From the NCBI RefSeq assembly GCF_963921235.1, contig NC_086097.1, positions 165,914,001 through 165,978,000 of the forward strand: a stretch of DNA of 64,000 bases. Direction: 5' to 3'. Shown in pieces: positions 35,755 through 50,335 of this stretch. The stretch's first letter is position 1, and each line of letters starts with the position of its first letter. The DNA comes from Mobula hypostoma (taxonomy: Eukaryota). The notes under the pieces are model-generated. The model searched no databases and had not been told where the DNA came from. It saw only the letters and a list, made by a program, of their open reading frames with translations. A program made the translations under genes and the position numbers.

Positions 35755-36761
35755 CAATGCAGATTAACATTATTCACTCCTACAAAGAGCCCACTAGCTG
35801 CTTCTAAAACTTGAAATAATTCATGACATTACATTATTTGGTATTTCATTGGATTAATACTGAGGTCATAATGTATCTTTTAAAATAAGCAGGTGTTTTC
35901 TCTCAACATGATACTGTGTGCATTTAAGAACAATTGTCAAGTACCTCAATTTAATTTGAAGCTTTTTATATAAGGCAATAATAAACAGACAACTGTGTAA
36001 ATCAAAATATGTTTAAACCACATTATAATGATTTAGTTATAATCTTATTGCTCAAATGCACTTTTGAAAAATGTGATTTTAGAATATACATCAAGCATGT
36101 ACAAAAAATTAATTATGCAAGAGGTTAAGAATACACTAGTAGAAACATCTGGTGCCTTAGAATATAAATAATGCCAAACCTACTTCTAGATTTTCAATAA
36201 GGCAACTGAAATCAAGTGCCACACAACATCCAGAGCAGAAACATTACTATTTTTATAGAAATTGGACAATTTTTACTCGTATCCTTATAAGAAAAAATAA
36301 AATGAAGAAGTAGTATTTTCAAAACTACCATACTTAACAAGTTTCTTTTTTTCTTGCCATCATTTGTTTTTACAGCTCTAGAGTTTGCATGTTGAAACTT
36401 CTGATTTTAAATATACAAGTAATTTCTCAATTTTCTATTTAAAATTACCCTCCAGAGTTACCCAAAATACAGTCATCAGGAGGAGAATGCTGCAGATTAC
36501 GTTACTTGGCAAACTATGTACATTTTTTACAGTGCGAGCTGGATAAAATCTTCCATCGTAATAAAGTGCTGTTACTGTGTGCAGTAGATGCTACTCGTTC
36601 CATGCTTGCAATTGACTGGAGGGAGTTCAAAGTGGAAAATTCATACTGACACCTTCAACAGAGGAACAGTATTTAGCCATTGAAGGGTGCCAAGTAAATA
36701 AACTGTCTGAATGAAGAAAGAAACTATTTTCTGAGTTTTCCATTGAAGCCACAGACTGTGC

Positions 36762-37195
36762 TTAGCTGAAGACGTGTATAACCATGCAAATAAACAGTAC
36801 TATTACAGCACCTGTAGAATGGTGATATCTCGCTGATCCATTGTTGGACTGTTTGCTTTGATTGCTACCATCCAATCCATCTACAGATACAGCACATTGG
36901 ACTAAAGGAGCTTGATAAGATGTAGCCCTTTTCTCTGGTCTGTCTGGACTGGATCCATCACTAGGTCTCTGTCCATTGAAGAGCAGGTATCGACCTTTAG
37001 TATCCTGCTCCATCTTAAAGAGTTCGTATTCTGTATGAGGAAGACCTATCCCCAGGGCCACACAGCCATTGGTGTGTGTAACGTCTTGCTCCACTCCAAT
37101 GTGCCATGATCCCTCAGCCCCACACGCATTGCCGCTAAAAACGTTCAAGAGTGATGCAGTAGCTGCGTCCATTGGAGTCACCTTCATGTGGTTCA
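36762..37195 (-). CDS. APCDD1: APCDD1 (Wnt/BMP inhibitor), last coding exon
   Basis: TTGTTTCAG acceptor (AG at 37197-37196), phase 1. Encodes [66 protein letters not shown], then a hydrophobic tail and TAA. Confidence 0.96.
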
Positions 37196-39513
37196 CTGAA
37201 ACAAGATTTTAAATGGTTATGATGAACATTTACTATTGAACAATATCCCTCTATATTCACATCTGCCCATGTTACATTAGGTGACAACTCTTCTCAGTGA
37301 AGACTTTTCAAATATGTGTTTTTGTGCTCATCAAAATAAGGGATTTTAAGTAAGAATTGAAATTCTTTCCTTTACAGGCTGACCCAGTAATGAACATCTG
37401 ACCTATGGACACCCCATACTTGTGATCAAGATCCTTTCATATTATTAACTTCAAAAATCTCATGTACCTTCAATATTATGAATGGAAAACCTAGTTTTCC
37501 CACACTCTACTTCTAGTAATTTTTCTTTCTTATCAGTCTTATGTGTTTTTGATGCCATTTCTTGCAAAATGTTGAGGTGTGGTTACCTTACAGAGTGATT
37601 TTTGTATATTGTTGACATACAGATGACCGTCAAACATTTATATAAATGGAACCCATTCCTTACTGGGCTGCATTGAGCCAGCCTCAAGGAATACTATGAT
37701 TCAGTTTTCAATTAAAATTTTATAGGCAGCATCCTAATAATGGCAGTGAAGTGAGAATGCTTTAAATAGGAGGTTTCTCCCCCTCAGGAATGTACGTCCT
37801 TGTTCTACATGCAAAGGCCAAAGCAAATGATATTCTGCAGATGGCCAGGAATAAAGCACAGCAGAATGCCTGTCTTTTCAAGCACAGAATGAGCAAACAT
37901 CTTGTTTTGCTTTTAGAAATATATTGCACTACAGGTAAATTTACGTTGTTAGATTGTGCATTCCTTAGCATTCCTGCGTGCAGACACTCATCAACTATTA
38001 AGACAATGACTGACACAGAACAAACTCAAAAGTTGGGAGATGAAATAACACATCTCGGGAGTGCATTAAGAACGTAAAACTTAACAATGCCAAATATAAA
38101 AATGGTGTCTTGCACAATTGGACACAAAATGATTTTTTCACTGTAAGTAGGAAAATGGATAAGTTAGTAGTAAAGAATATAAAAACCGCAAATACTGGAA
38201 ATCTCAAATACAAGCAGAGTGCTGAAAAAACACAGCTGCTAAATCCGTATCTCTGGAGAGAGAAACAGTTAATGTTTCACCCAGTAATATTTCATCTCTC
38301 TCTCTCTCTTCCTTTCTTTCTTTTCAAGAGGAAGAACCCTGAACTCCCAGCCTCATCACTATCCAGAAACCTGGGACAGTCCAATCATTCTTCTGAAAGA
38401 TGTAACTTGGCTGGAACCATGCCTCCGTGTTAAGACTAAGCACTTAAGGTCCTGCCCAATACTGGGAATGTTGTGATTGTCTACATTCAGATAAAACAAC
38501 AGTTGGCTAGCTGGGATGAATGTCCATGGAGTCTTGGTTTTCCTCTTCAGCACAATCTTTTCATTACCTTGTTCAAGGATTCCATCAGAATTCCTCGTGA
38601 TCTTGATTTTCCATCCAGGCCATCTCAAAAGATATCAATGGGTCCACCTTATTGATGTGTGGATATGGCATCACACCACAGTCCAACTGTGCAATAAGAA
38701 ATTTTCTTTCCTGGCAGCCTTTACAGAGCTAGGTGTACTTTTATAAATCTCAGATATTTTCATGATCATCATTAGCTACACTTGTTATTTTACTCCTTTG
38801 ATTTTTAGAATACCCTCTGCAATGGTTGGATATGAAGTCAAGATACAAAGCCAGTAACAACCAAACCAGTCTGCTCCTGAATCCAGCAGGGTGGACCATT
38901 CACCAATTTATAGAACCCAACTTATTTTGAATTGATTTTATGACAGATGGGAAAACAGTTAACTTGTAAAGTGGTAAAAATAAAAAAAAATCTTAAATCA
39001 AAATCTTGGAGGGTATTACTGAGACCTGCTGTTTTGTCATTTTTCTTAAGTTCATGCAAAGACAGAGGCAAGAGAGCAATAGATGTCTGAAGTAGGTAAC
39101 CCTGCCTTGGCTGACCTCTATCATCAGTTCAGGACTTTTACAGCTTTGTGTTTGCACATTGTGAAGCAATTTAATTCACCAGATTTAGTTTCCTTAATCA
39201 AAAAAAATTGTTGCTAGTTAATCAGTTCTGCCTTGATATTTTTAAGTTATTTTAACCAGATCATAGCTGTTTTAATGAAAGATGGAGCAAATAATAACTA
39301 CATCAATTTGTATATTAAGGATGGAATGGTGACAGCTGTGTCATGAATGGGGGTTCAATGGAATCCATCAATTTCACAGAGCTATCCAGCACAGCAGCAG
39401 GCTCTGCGGCCTAGCAGGTACAATCCAACCATTAACATTCATCAATACTAATCCATTCACCAGCACTTGGTCCAAAGCCATCCATTTAAATGACAGCTCA
39501 AGTGCTTGTCTCA

Positions 39514-40047
<534 letters not shown>

Positions 40048-40264
40048 TTAATATTTGATAAATGCAGATGTTTTATTTCAACTGAATAGCTTTAGTTCAT
40101 ATATATCACATACTGACAACAGTTCTCCGATATTTTCCAGTAAGAATACAGATAAGACAATGTTTTTGTTTACTGGGTAGCCTGGGTGTCTACAGAGTAT
40201 TTGTCCATCAGCTTGTCTTGCTGTAAGAATATACACATTTCAATTTAATCATAGACCCCATGTT

Positions 40265-40560
40265 TCATAGATGATAGAAGACCATTTGACCAATCTAAAT
40301 TCTTGCTCTTGTAGCAATCCCAACCATTCTATTCATCCACCCATATCCCTGCAACTTATTCTCTCTCACATGCCACTCTGAATCTGTTGCTGCTCACTTA
40401 CACCAGGGATGATATACAATAACCAAACTACCTACCAACCTACCAACCAGCTCAAATTTAGGATGGGTGCGTAAAGCAGAGCAGCCTGGGAAATGCATAT
40501 GGTCTCATAGATAACTTGCAAACTCCATACAGGCAGCATGTTAATTACTGTGCTGCCCTA
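40265..40560 (-). mobile_element. Decayed V-SINE
   Basis: Reverse complement reads GGAGTTTGCAAG..TTTCCCAGGCTGCTCTGCTTT..CCCATCCTAAA..GGTAGG, similar to the V-domain. Confidence 0.55.
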
Positions 40561-40578
40561 ATGACACTAATGACCTAA

Positions 40579-40657
40579 CAGGGGTTTCCAACCATTTTTA
40601 TGCCATGGACCCCTACCATTAACCAATGGGTCCATAGACCCCAGGTTGGGAGCCCTG
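40579..40657. mobile_element. Tiny hAT-like MITE
   Basis: CAGGGGTTTCCAACC...GGTTGGGAGCCCTG termini with internal inverted ATGGACCC/GGGTCCAT; no 8-bp TSD retained. Confidence 0.55.
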
Positions 40658-41124
40658 ATAGGACAAAAACAAAGGCACAGTATAAAAGCAAAGTAGTCCA
40701 ATTACAGGAAGCTTGAAATATGGGTATTGGTTTTGATTTATTATTGTCACATGTACCAAGGTTCATACAGATTGTATACAGTGCATTGATCAAGAAAAAT
40801 GTAAAACAATAACAATACAGAATAAAGTGAAAAAGCTGCAGAGAAAGTGCAGTGCACTCAACAATAAAGTGCAAGATTATATTGAGGTTGATTGTGAGGC
40901 TAAGAGTCTATCTTATCATACAAGAGGTGTGTTCAAGAGTCAGATGACAGCGGGAGAGAAGCTGTCCTTGAGCCTGGTGGTATGTGCTTTCAGGCTTTTG
41001 TATCTATTGCCTGATGGGCGAGAGAAAACATTGGACAAACTTGGGTTCTTTTCTCTGGTCCAATGGAGGCTGTGGGGTGATCTAAAAAATGTTTATGATA
41101 TTATGATATTATAATATAATATGT

Positions 41125-43935
41125 TGCATCGACAGGCAGGAAGGCAGAGGGGGTGGCATTGCTCTGTTCAAAAAATTTAAAATCAAATCATTAGAAAGAG
41201 GTGATATAGGGTCGAATGGTGTTGAATCATTGTAGGTAGAGCTAAGGAACAGCAAGGGTAAATAGACCCTGATGGGAGTTGTATACAGACCCCAAAATAG
41301 TTGTAAGGATGTGGCCTACAAATAACAAAGGGAGATAGAAAATGCATGCCAGAAGGGCAATATTACATTAGTCAAGGGGGACTTCAATATGTAGGTAGAT
41401 GAGAAAATCAGGTTGGTGCTGAATTACAGGAGGGGGAGTTTCTAGAGCACCTACGAGAAGGGCTTTTTAGAGCAGCTCATAGTTGAACCCACTGGAGGAT
41501 CAGCTATTATGGATTGGCTGTTCTGCAATGAACCAGAATTGATGAAAGCTTAAGGTAAAAGCACCCTTAGGAGAAAGTGATCACAATATGATCAAATGCA
41601 TCCTGAAATCTGAGAAGGAGAAGCTAAAGTCTGATGTATTTACAATGCAGTAAAGGGGTTTACTGAGGCATGAGAAAGGAGTTGGCCAGAATTGATTGGT
41701 AAAGAATGCTGGCAGGGATGTCAGCAGAGTAGCAATGGCTGGAAAGGCTGGAAGCAATTTGAAAGGCACAGGATATATACATCCCAAAGAGGAAGAAGTA
41801 TTCTAAGGGCAAGATGACACAATCGTGGCTAACGAGAGAAGTCAAAGCCTACATAAAAGCCAAAGAGAGGGCATATGATAGAACAAAAATTACCAAGAAG
41901 TTAGAGGATGGGAAAGTTTTTAAAAACCAACAAAAGGCAACCAAGAAAGTTGGATAAAGATGGAATATGAAAGTAAGCTAGCCAATATTATTAAAGAGGA
42001 TGCCAAAAGTTTCTTCAAATACATAAAGTGTAAAAGAGAGGCAAGAGTGGATATTGGACTGCTGAAATATGATGCTGGAGAGGTAGTAATGGTGGACAAT
42101 GAAATGGCAGATGAATTGGATAAGTATTTTGCATCATCTTCATTGTGGAAGACACTATCAGTATGGTAGAAGTTCCAGCTGTTAGGGGAATGAAGTGTGT
42201 GAAGTTACCATAAGTAGACAGAAGGTTCTTGGGAAACGGAAAGGTCTGAAGGTATATAAGTCACCTGGACCAGATGGTATTCACCCCAGAGAAAGGTGGC
42301 TGGAGAGATCATGGAGGCATTAGTAGTGATCTTTGAAAAATCACTAAATGGTTCCGGAAAACTGGATAATTGCAAATGTCACTCTACTCATCAAGAAGGG
42401 AGGGAGGCAGAAGAAAGGAAACTATAGGGCAGTTAGTCTGACCTCAGTGGTTGGGAAGATGTTGGAGTTGATTATTAAGGATGTGTTCTCAGGGTACTTG
42501 GAGGCACATGATAAAATAGACCATAGTCAGCATGGTTTCCTCAAGGGAAAACCTTGCCTGACATATCTGTTGGAATTCTTTGAAGAAATAACAAGCAGGA
42601 TAGACACAAGCAACACTCACAATCCGAAATGTTGACTATACTTTTTTCCATAGATGCTGCCTGGCCTGTTGAGTTCCTCCAGCATTTTTTGTGTGTTGCT
42701 TGGATTTCCAGCATCTGCAGATTTTCTCTTGTTTGTGAGCAGGATAGACAAGGTAGAATCGGACAATGTTGTGTATTTGGATTATTAGAAGGCCTTTGAC
42801 AAGGTGCCACACATGAGGCTGCTTAACAAGCTATGAACCCATTGCATTATAGGAAAGATTCTAGAATAGATAAAGCAGGAGGCAAGGACTGGGAAAGAAA
42901 GGAGCCTTTTCTGGCTGCTGCTGGTGACTAGTGGTGTTCCACAGGGGTCTATGTTGGGACTGATTCTTTGTACGTTATATGTCAATGATTTAGATGATGG
43001 AATTGATGGCTTTGTTGCAAAGTTTGCGGACAATATGAAGATAGGTGGAGGGGCAGGTAGTTTTGAGGAACTAGAGGGGATTCAGTACTTAGACAGATTA
43101 GGAGAATAGGCAAAGAAATGGCAGATGGAATACAGCATTGGGAAGTGTATGGTCATGCACTTTGGTAAAAGAAATGAAAGGGTTGACTATTTTGTAAATG
43201 GAGAGAAAATACAAAAACTGAGGTGCAAAGGGACTTGGGAGTACTTGAGCAGGATTCCCTAAAGGTTAATTTGCAGGTTGAATCTGTGGCGAGGAAGGTA
43301 AATATAATGTTAGCATTCATTTCAAGAGCACAAGAATATAGAAGCAAGGATGTAATGTTGAAAGTTTATAAAGCACTGGTGAGGCCTCACTTGGAGTATT
43401 GTGAATGGGTTTGCACTCCTTATCTTAGAGAGGATATTCTAAAAATGGAGAAGGTTCAAAGGAGGTTCATAAAAATGATTCCAGGATTAAACAGCTTGTC
43501 ATATAAAGACTGTTTGATGGCTCTGGGCTATATTCACTAGAATTCAGAAGAATGAGGGGTGATCTCATTGAGACCTATCGAATGGTGCAAGGCCTTGATA
43601 GAGTGGATGTGGATAGGATGTTCCTATGGTGGGAGGCTCTAAGACCAGAGGACACAGCCTCAGAATAGAGGGGCGTCCTTTTAGAACATAGTTGAGGATA
43701 AATATCTATAGCCAGAAAGTGGTAAATCTGTGGAATTCTTTGCCTCAGGCAGCTATGGAGGATGTCTTTATGTATATTTAAGGCAGGGGTTGATAGATTC
43801 TTGTTTGGTCAGGGCATGAAGGGATAGGGGATAAGGCAAGAGATTGGGGCAGAGAGAAAAATTAGATCAGCCATGATGAAATGGCAGAACAGATGCGATG
43901 GGCCAAATGGCCTAATTCTAATTACTGTCTTATGA
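41125..43935 (+). mobile_element. 5'-truncated decayed CR1 ORF2 (EN-RT-3' UTR), inserted in an older CR1 tail (41025-41105, 43936-44275)
   Basis: ORFs 41960-42169, 42348-42635 (NYRAVSLTSVVGK, SQHGF), 42924-43109 (GVPQGS, KFADN) and 43223-43540. Confidence 0.9.
42607..42737 (+). mobile_element. Short Penelope-derived insert in CR1 RT
   Basis: 13-bp TSD AGCAGGATAGACA (42594-42606, 42738-42750); tail GATGCTGCCTGGCCTG..TTCCAGCATCTGCAG with a short inverted 5' piece. Confidence 0.8.
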
Positions 43936-44489
43936 AAGGCATAGCCAGAATCTTTGTCCCAAGGCTGAAGTGTCTAAAAGCAAAGGGCATATATTTAAGG
44001 TGAGAGGGGGCAGTTTCAAAGGAGATGTGTATGGGGCAAATAGTGTTTTTACACCAAGTGATGGGTGCCTGGAATGCACTGCCAAAGTTTGTACTGGAGG
44101 TAGATATGATGTTTTTAAGAGGTTCTTAGATAGATGAATATGCAGTGAATGCTGGGATAGAGACCATGTGCAAGCAAGAGTATTTAGTGTAATTAGGTGT
44201 CATTACCTTAGTTAGTTGGGCACAACATTAAGGACAGGGGGGCCTGTTCCTGTGCGGTGCTCTTCTATGTTCTACGTCTAATGGCAGCTGGTGAGGTTCC
44301 TTCCCGAGCTCATCAGCTGTCAACGCCACCATTGAACGTTACAGATAATTAAAAACATTAAAGCCAATGTTCCTCATTCATTTTTACATATCAGGTTTAA
44401 CTTGGAACAGGCCCAGTGTAGCTTGTGAGCTGGAAAACCTGCTGAAGTCTATACTGACCCATGACCAGACCACATGTGTAATGAATAAG

Positions 44490-45085
44490 GATCAAGTTTA
44501 TTATCACTGACAATGTCATGACATTTGTTGTTTTGTTGCAGCAGTGCAGCACAAGACCTCAGAATTACTATCATTTACAATAAAAAAAATACATAGTGCA
44601 CAAAATAACTGGTAAGTTAATGTCCATGAGTTCATGGACTGTTCAGAAATCTGCTGGTAGAGGGGAAAAAGCTGTTCCTAAAATACTGAATGTAGATCTT
44701 CAGGCTCCTGTACCACCTTCCTGCTGTTAGTAATGACAAGCGGGCATGCCCCAGAATGTGAGGATCCTTAATGGTGGATACCGCCGTCCTGAGGCACTGC
44801 CATTTGAAGGTGTTCTTGATGGTGGGGAGGCTTACGCCCGTGACGGAGCTGGCTGAGATTACAAACCTCTGCAGCCTCTGCGATCCTGTGCATTGGAGCC
44901 TCTGTTGCAGATGGTGGTGTGACACATCATAATGTTCTCTACTGTACATCTGTGGAATTTTGCTAGTATCTTGGTGACATACCAAATCTCCTCAAACTCC
45001 TAATGAAGCACAGCTGCTGGCGTGCCTTCCTCATGACTGCCACAATGTGTAGGTCCCAGGGCAGCTCCTCTGAGATGTAATGCAG
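44490..45085 (-). mobile_element. Rex1/Babar LINE 3' fragment
   Basis: ORFs 44963-45169 (RKARQQLCFIRSLRRFG) and 44632-44985 (KDPHILGH..FRNSFFPS). Confidence 0.8.
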
Positions 45086-46408
45086 GAAAAGTTGGCAGGA
45101 CGGGCGACAGCTCGGAAGATTGCGCCCGTGCTTGAAACTGGGCTTCCCTTTAGGAAACGTGGGTGACACCCAGCATTAATTCTCGCATTGCAGAGGAAGA
45201 CCCTTGGAAATCTGATTGACTCTCGCCAATTGGAGCCATGATGTTTCCTCAGATACCCTACAAGCAAAGTTAAATACCAATGCAAAAAAAAAATTCCATC
45301 TGTTTTAATCTAATGATTCAAATTATCAGTTGAGGCTTTTCACTTAACAAAAGCTGACTTTGCTTAGAAATGTATCGCCGCTGATTGAACCAAACATATG
45401 AATGTGGGAGAGGCAGCTGTGTGAACCTGCCTCCAAAATTAATTTCTATTGAAATCTTTCTCAGCCTACGTACTAAGTGCCACTGTCTGGTTGGATGAAT
45501 TTGGAGGCAAGTATAACAAACCTAGATGCTATTGAGTCACCACCCAACCTCTTCACCCTTCTCCCCCACCCCCAATCTCCGATGTTAATAGACTGTGGGA
45601 AACAGCAAGAATCACTGGCTTTGAAGAGTTCTTTTCTTATCTAAATTAAAGCCTTTTTCTTGGGCACTTATGTTTATAAGAAACATTTTATCACAGGGTC
45701 TGCAGTAAACTGGATCTGGGAATGTTAGCATTCCATGTCCATAAGTCACTCTGCTAAAGACCAGACTAACTAATGGCAGAACTTCAAAGTTGTGTGCCGG
45801 CGAATGTCAAAAGATTCACATGAGAATTTATGATGTCGGCTATACTTAATGTTCATCCTTTGATTAATTCAGGATTTCCCAAAAGTTTTACTCTTTCTTT
45901 ATCCAGGTCATTTTCTTTCTATCAGTGAACTGATTGATAATTCAAGCTTATTTCTGAACTTCATTGCACAATGCCCAGTCCTCTGGCAGTTCACCAGATT
46001 CTTCTGTGAACGGAACAAAATAAAAATACAAGTAGTGCCACAAAGTCCAGGTTCTTTCACTCAATGAACACAAAGGTGAAAATTTTTACACCCTAATGCC
46101 AGCCTTGTTCAGACCCTGGTATGAGAGCATCTCTAACAAGGCCAGAGTTTATTTCTCACCCTATTTGCTTAGTGAGGGTGCTGGTAGAGGTCACCCTGAA
46201 TCCTGCAGTTCTGATGAGGCTACTTCCTCGTTATTAATGAAAACACTCAATTCTGGAAGCACTCAACAGGTTAGGTGACATCTGTGGAAAGAGAAAGAGT
46301 ATTGATATTTCAGGTTGGAGATTCTTTGCTGAAATGACAGTTCTTCAACTTGAAGCCATAGCTCTTCTTTCACAGATGCCGCTTGACCTCCAGCTTTTAC
46401 TGTTTTTA

Positions 46409-49400
46409 AGTCATCAAGTTTATTGCCATTTCGACCATAAGCTGCTGGTACAGTACACAGTAAAAATGAAACAACTTTCCTCCAGGACCCTAGTACTACA
46501 TGAAACAGCACAAAACTACACTAGATTATGTGAGACAGCACAAGGCTACACTAGACTACGTAAAACATAAAAACGACACTAGACTACAGACCTGCACTGG
46601 ACTACATAAAGTGCACGAAACAGTGCAGGGCAGTACAATAATTAATAAACAAGACAATAGGCACAGTAGAGGACAAATTACAATATAATAATAAATGATG
46701 TAGATGTCAGTCCAGACTCTGAGTATTGAGGAATCTGATGGCTTGGGGGAAGAAACTGTTGCACAGTCTGGTCATGAGAGCCCAAATGCTTTGGTACCTT
46801 TTGCCAGATGCCAGGAGGAGGAAGAGTTTGTATGAGGGGTGTATGGGGTCCTTCACAATACTGTTAGCTTTGTGGGTGCAGTGTGTGGTGTAAATGTCGG
46901 TAATGGCGGGAAGAGAGACCCCGATGATCTTCTCAGCTGACCTCACTATCCGCTGCAGGGTCTTGCGATCTGAAACAGTGCAATTCCTGAACCAGGCAGT
47001 GATGCAGCTGCTCAGGATGCTCTCAATACAACCTCCGTAGAATGTGGTGAGGATGGGGGAAGCGGGGGAGATGGACTTTTCTCAGCCTTCGCATAAAGTA
47101 GAAGAGACACTGCTGGGCTTTCTTTGCTATGGAGCTGGTGTTGAGGGACCAGGTGAGATTCTCCGCCAGGTGAACACCAAGAAATTTGATGCTCTTAATG
47201 ATCTCAACAGAGGAGCTGTCAATGTTCAGCGAAGAGTGGTCGCTCCGTGCTCTCCTGAAGTCAACAACCATCTCTTTTGTTCACATTCAGAGACAGGTTG
47301 TTGGCTCTGCACCAGTCCATTAGCCATTGCACCTCCTCTCTGTATGCTGACTCATCGTTCTTGCTGATGAGACCCACCACGGTCGTGTCATCGGCGAACT
47401 TGATGATGTGGTTTGAGCTGTGTGTTGCAGCACAGTCGTGGGTCAGCAGAGTGAACAGCAGTGGACTGAACACACAGCCCTGGGGGGCCCCCGGGCTCAG
47501 TGTGGTGATGTTGGAGATGCTGCTCCTGATCCGGACTGACTGAGGTTTCCCAGTCAGGAAGTCTAGGATCCAGCTGCAGAGGGAGGTGTTTAGGCCCATA
47601 GACTCAGCTTTCCAATCAGTTTCTGAGGAATAATTGTGTTGAATGCTGAACTGAAGTCTATGAACAGCATTCGAACATACGTGTCTTTTTTGTCCAGGTG
47701 GGTGAGGGCTAGGTGTAGGGTACTGGCGATGGCATCGTCTGTTGAACGGTTGGGACGGTACACAAACTGCAGGGGGTCCAGTGAGGGGGGCAGCAGGGTC
47801 TTGATGTGCCTCATGACGAGCCTCTTGAAACACTTCATGATGATGGATGTGAGTGCAATGGGATGGTAGTTATTGAGGCAGGACACTGAAGACTTCTTCG
47901 GCACGGGGATGATGGTGACGGCCTTGAAGCACGTTGGAACGACGGCGCTGCTCAGGGAGATGTTGAAGATGTTAGTGAGAACATCTGCCAGCTGGTCTGC
48001 ACATCCCCTGAGCACTCTGCCAGGAATATTGTCTGGTCCAGCAGCCTTCCGTGGGTTGACCCTGCACAGGGTTCTCCTCACATCGGCCACAGTAAGACAC
48101 AGTATCTGGTTGTTTGGAGGAGGGGTGGTCTTCCTCACTGCCACGTCATTTTCTGCCTCAAAACGAGCATAGACATTGTTCAATGCATCTTGGAGAGAGG
48201 CATCACCAGCACAGACAGGTGGTGTTATCTTGTAGTTGGTAATGTCCTGAATGCCCTCCCACATGCGTCGTGTGTCGCCACTGTCCTGGAAGTGGTTGTG
48301 GATTCACTGGGCGTGTGTACGCTTTGCCTCTCTGATGGCCTGGGACAGCTTGGCCCTCGCTGTTGTTAGGGTTGCCTTGTCGCCTGCTCTGAAGGCGGAG
48401 TCACGGGTCCTCAGCAGCGCACGCACCTCCGCGGTCATCCATGGCTTCTGGTTAGCATGTGTAGTGATGGTCTTGACCACAGTGACATCATCAATGCGCT
48501 TGCTGATGTAGCTTGTCACTGATGCCGTGTACTCCTCTAAGTTGGTAGAGTCGCCATCGGTTGTAGCGTCCCTAAACATGTGCCAGTCAGTGTGCTCAAA
48601 GCAGTCTTGAAGAGCAGAGATGGCTCCTGCTGGCCAGGTTTTCACCTGCTTCTGAGCTGGTCTGGAGCGCCTGACGAGCGGTCTGTATGCTGGGATTAGC
48701 ATAACAGAGATGTGGTCTGAGTAACCGAGGTGGGGGCAGGGCTTTGCCCGGTACGTGTCGGGAATGTTTGTGTAAAAAGATCCAACGCATTCTCCCCTCT
48801 CGTCGCAAAGTCCACATACTGATGGAATCTGGGGAGCACTGACTTAAGGTTCGCGTGGTTAAAATTTCCGGTGACAATAAACAGTCCATCAGGGTGTGCG
48901 TTCTGCAGTTCACAAATAGCCCCAAACATTTCACAGAGCATCTCCTTAGCATTAGCGCTGGGGGGAATGTACACACCAACTACAAGGACAGTGGTGAATT
49001 CCTGTGTTAAATAAAATGGTCTGCATCTAACAGTCACAAACTTCACTGGCGATGAGCAGTAACTAGAGACCAGCACAGAGTTCTTGCACCATTCTGTGTT
49101 GATGTAAATACACACGCCCCCACCACAAGTCTTACTGCAGAGAGTTGCATCTCTGTCAGCCTGAAACAAAGCGAGTTCAGCTAACTGAATGGCGGTGTCC
49201 GGAACTCTGTCGCTAAGCCACAATTCGTGAAATTGAAAGCGCAGCAGACTCTGAACTCTCGCCGAGTAGTCTGCTGGAGTTGGATGTAGTCCAACTTATT
49301 GTCCAGGGAGCGGACATTGGAGAGCAGAATGGACGGGAGAGCTGGCCGGCTAGGGTGTGTTTTTAGCCTAGCACGGACCCCTGCCCGCTTGCTGTGCTTC

Positions 49401-49711
49401 TGCTCCCTCGCACACCGCTTACGACGTCCCCACCCCGGCCACCGACATCAGGCGACACCGAGGACTGTAGGCTTGGTCCCCGAAGCAGGCCGACGTCGCA
49501 TAGCTTCTCCAGCAGATCCTCGTGAAGGTTTGTTGTTGGGCAATTTCTGTACTGTAGCAGTGTCTGGCAATGGTAGATATGAACACCGGTTGCTCCATTG
49601 TCCATGTGCAAATTAAAAAAAAATTGTGCCTTAGTTAATAAATAAACAGATAAATAAATAAAAGTAACACCAGGTCCAGAGAGGCTGTTGCTGGCGCTTG
49701 CTCGCTGCCTC
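46409..49711 (-). mobile_element. Essentially full-length Rex1/Babar LINE (APE endonuclease plus RT; several frameshifts)
   Basis: Consecutive minus ORFs 48696-49223 (EN: CRPFYL, YIPP, GNFNH), 48304-48702, 47590-48264 ([17 protein letters not shown]), 47261-47833 (GAPQGC, KFADD), 47023-47271 and 46707-46946. Short tandem repeats in the 3' UTR (~46503-46600). Splits a Penelope remnant (46240-46408 / 49712-49740). Confidence 0.93.
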
Positions 49712-50019
49712 ATTATTTCAGATCTTTGGCATCTGTAGTGCCAGAAAGTACTGGTGTTGGACAAGGAATCCCAGAACGCAGTCAAGGTGTCGATGAAGGA
49801 ACAGCAATATTATTACAAGTCCAGATGGTGTGTATGACTACAAGAGAGACGCACACATTATCTGTTGCTCCTGCCCTTCTAGGTGGGGAAGATCATGGGT
49901 CTGGAAGACACTAATAGTAGCTTAAATAAGGAAAACAATGCATTTTGTTGATGATACACATTATAGCCAGGTAGGGTGGTGTGGGAGTGAACATTGTGCA
50001 AGACGAATAAGTGAATGGA

Positions 50020-50335
50020 GAGGGACAGTAGTGTAACCAGTAGAGCTTCTGCCTCATATCTCTAGTGATCCCAGGTTCAATCCGGACTCTGGTAGTGTTT
50101 ATGTGGAATTCACCATTGTCCTTGTGACTATGTGTGCTCTATCCCCTTCTCCCACACATCCCAAAGACTTGTGGGTTGGGAGAGGAACTAGTCATTTAAA
50201 TTGTTCCTAATGTATAGGTAAGTGGTTGAATCTTGGGGAATCAATTAGAATCTGGTGGGAATAAAGGATTCATACAGGATTAATATAAATGGATGCTTGA
50301 ATTCAATGTGCCAAAAGGCTGTATGGATGACTATA
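50020..50335 (+). mobile_element. Decayed V-SINE (HE1-like)
   Basis: B-box GGTTCAATCC at ~50074, then CTCCCAC..ATCCCAAAGAC and TAAATTGTTCCT. Confidence 0.65.

Noticed and set aside
37762..38746. Cluster of 60-107 aa ORFs in the last APCDD1 intron
   Set aside because: No recognisable homology; part overlaps a Penelope-type remnant (~38185-38290); consistent with chance ORFs.
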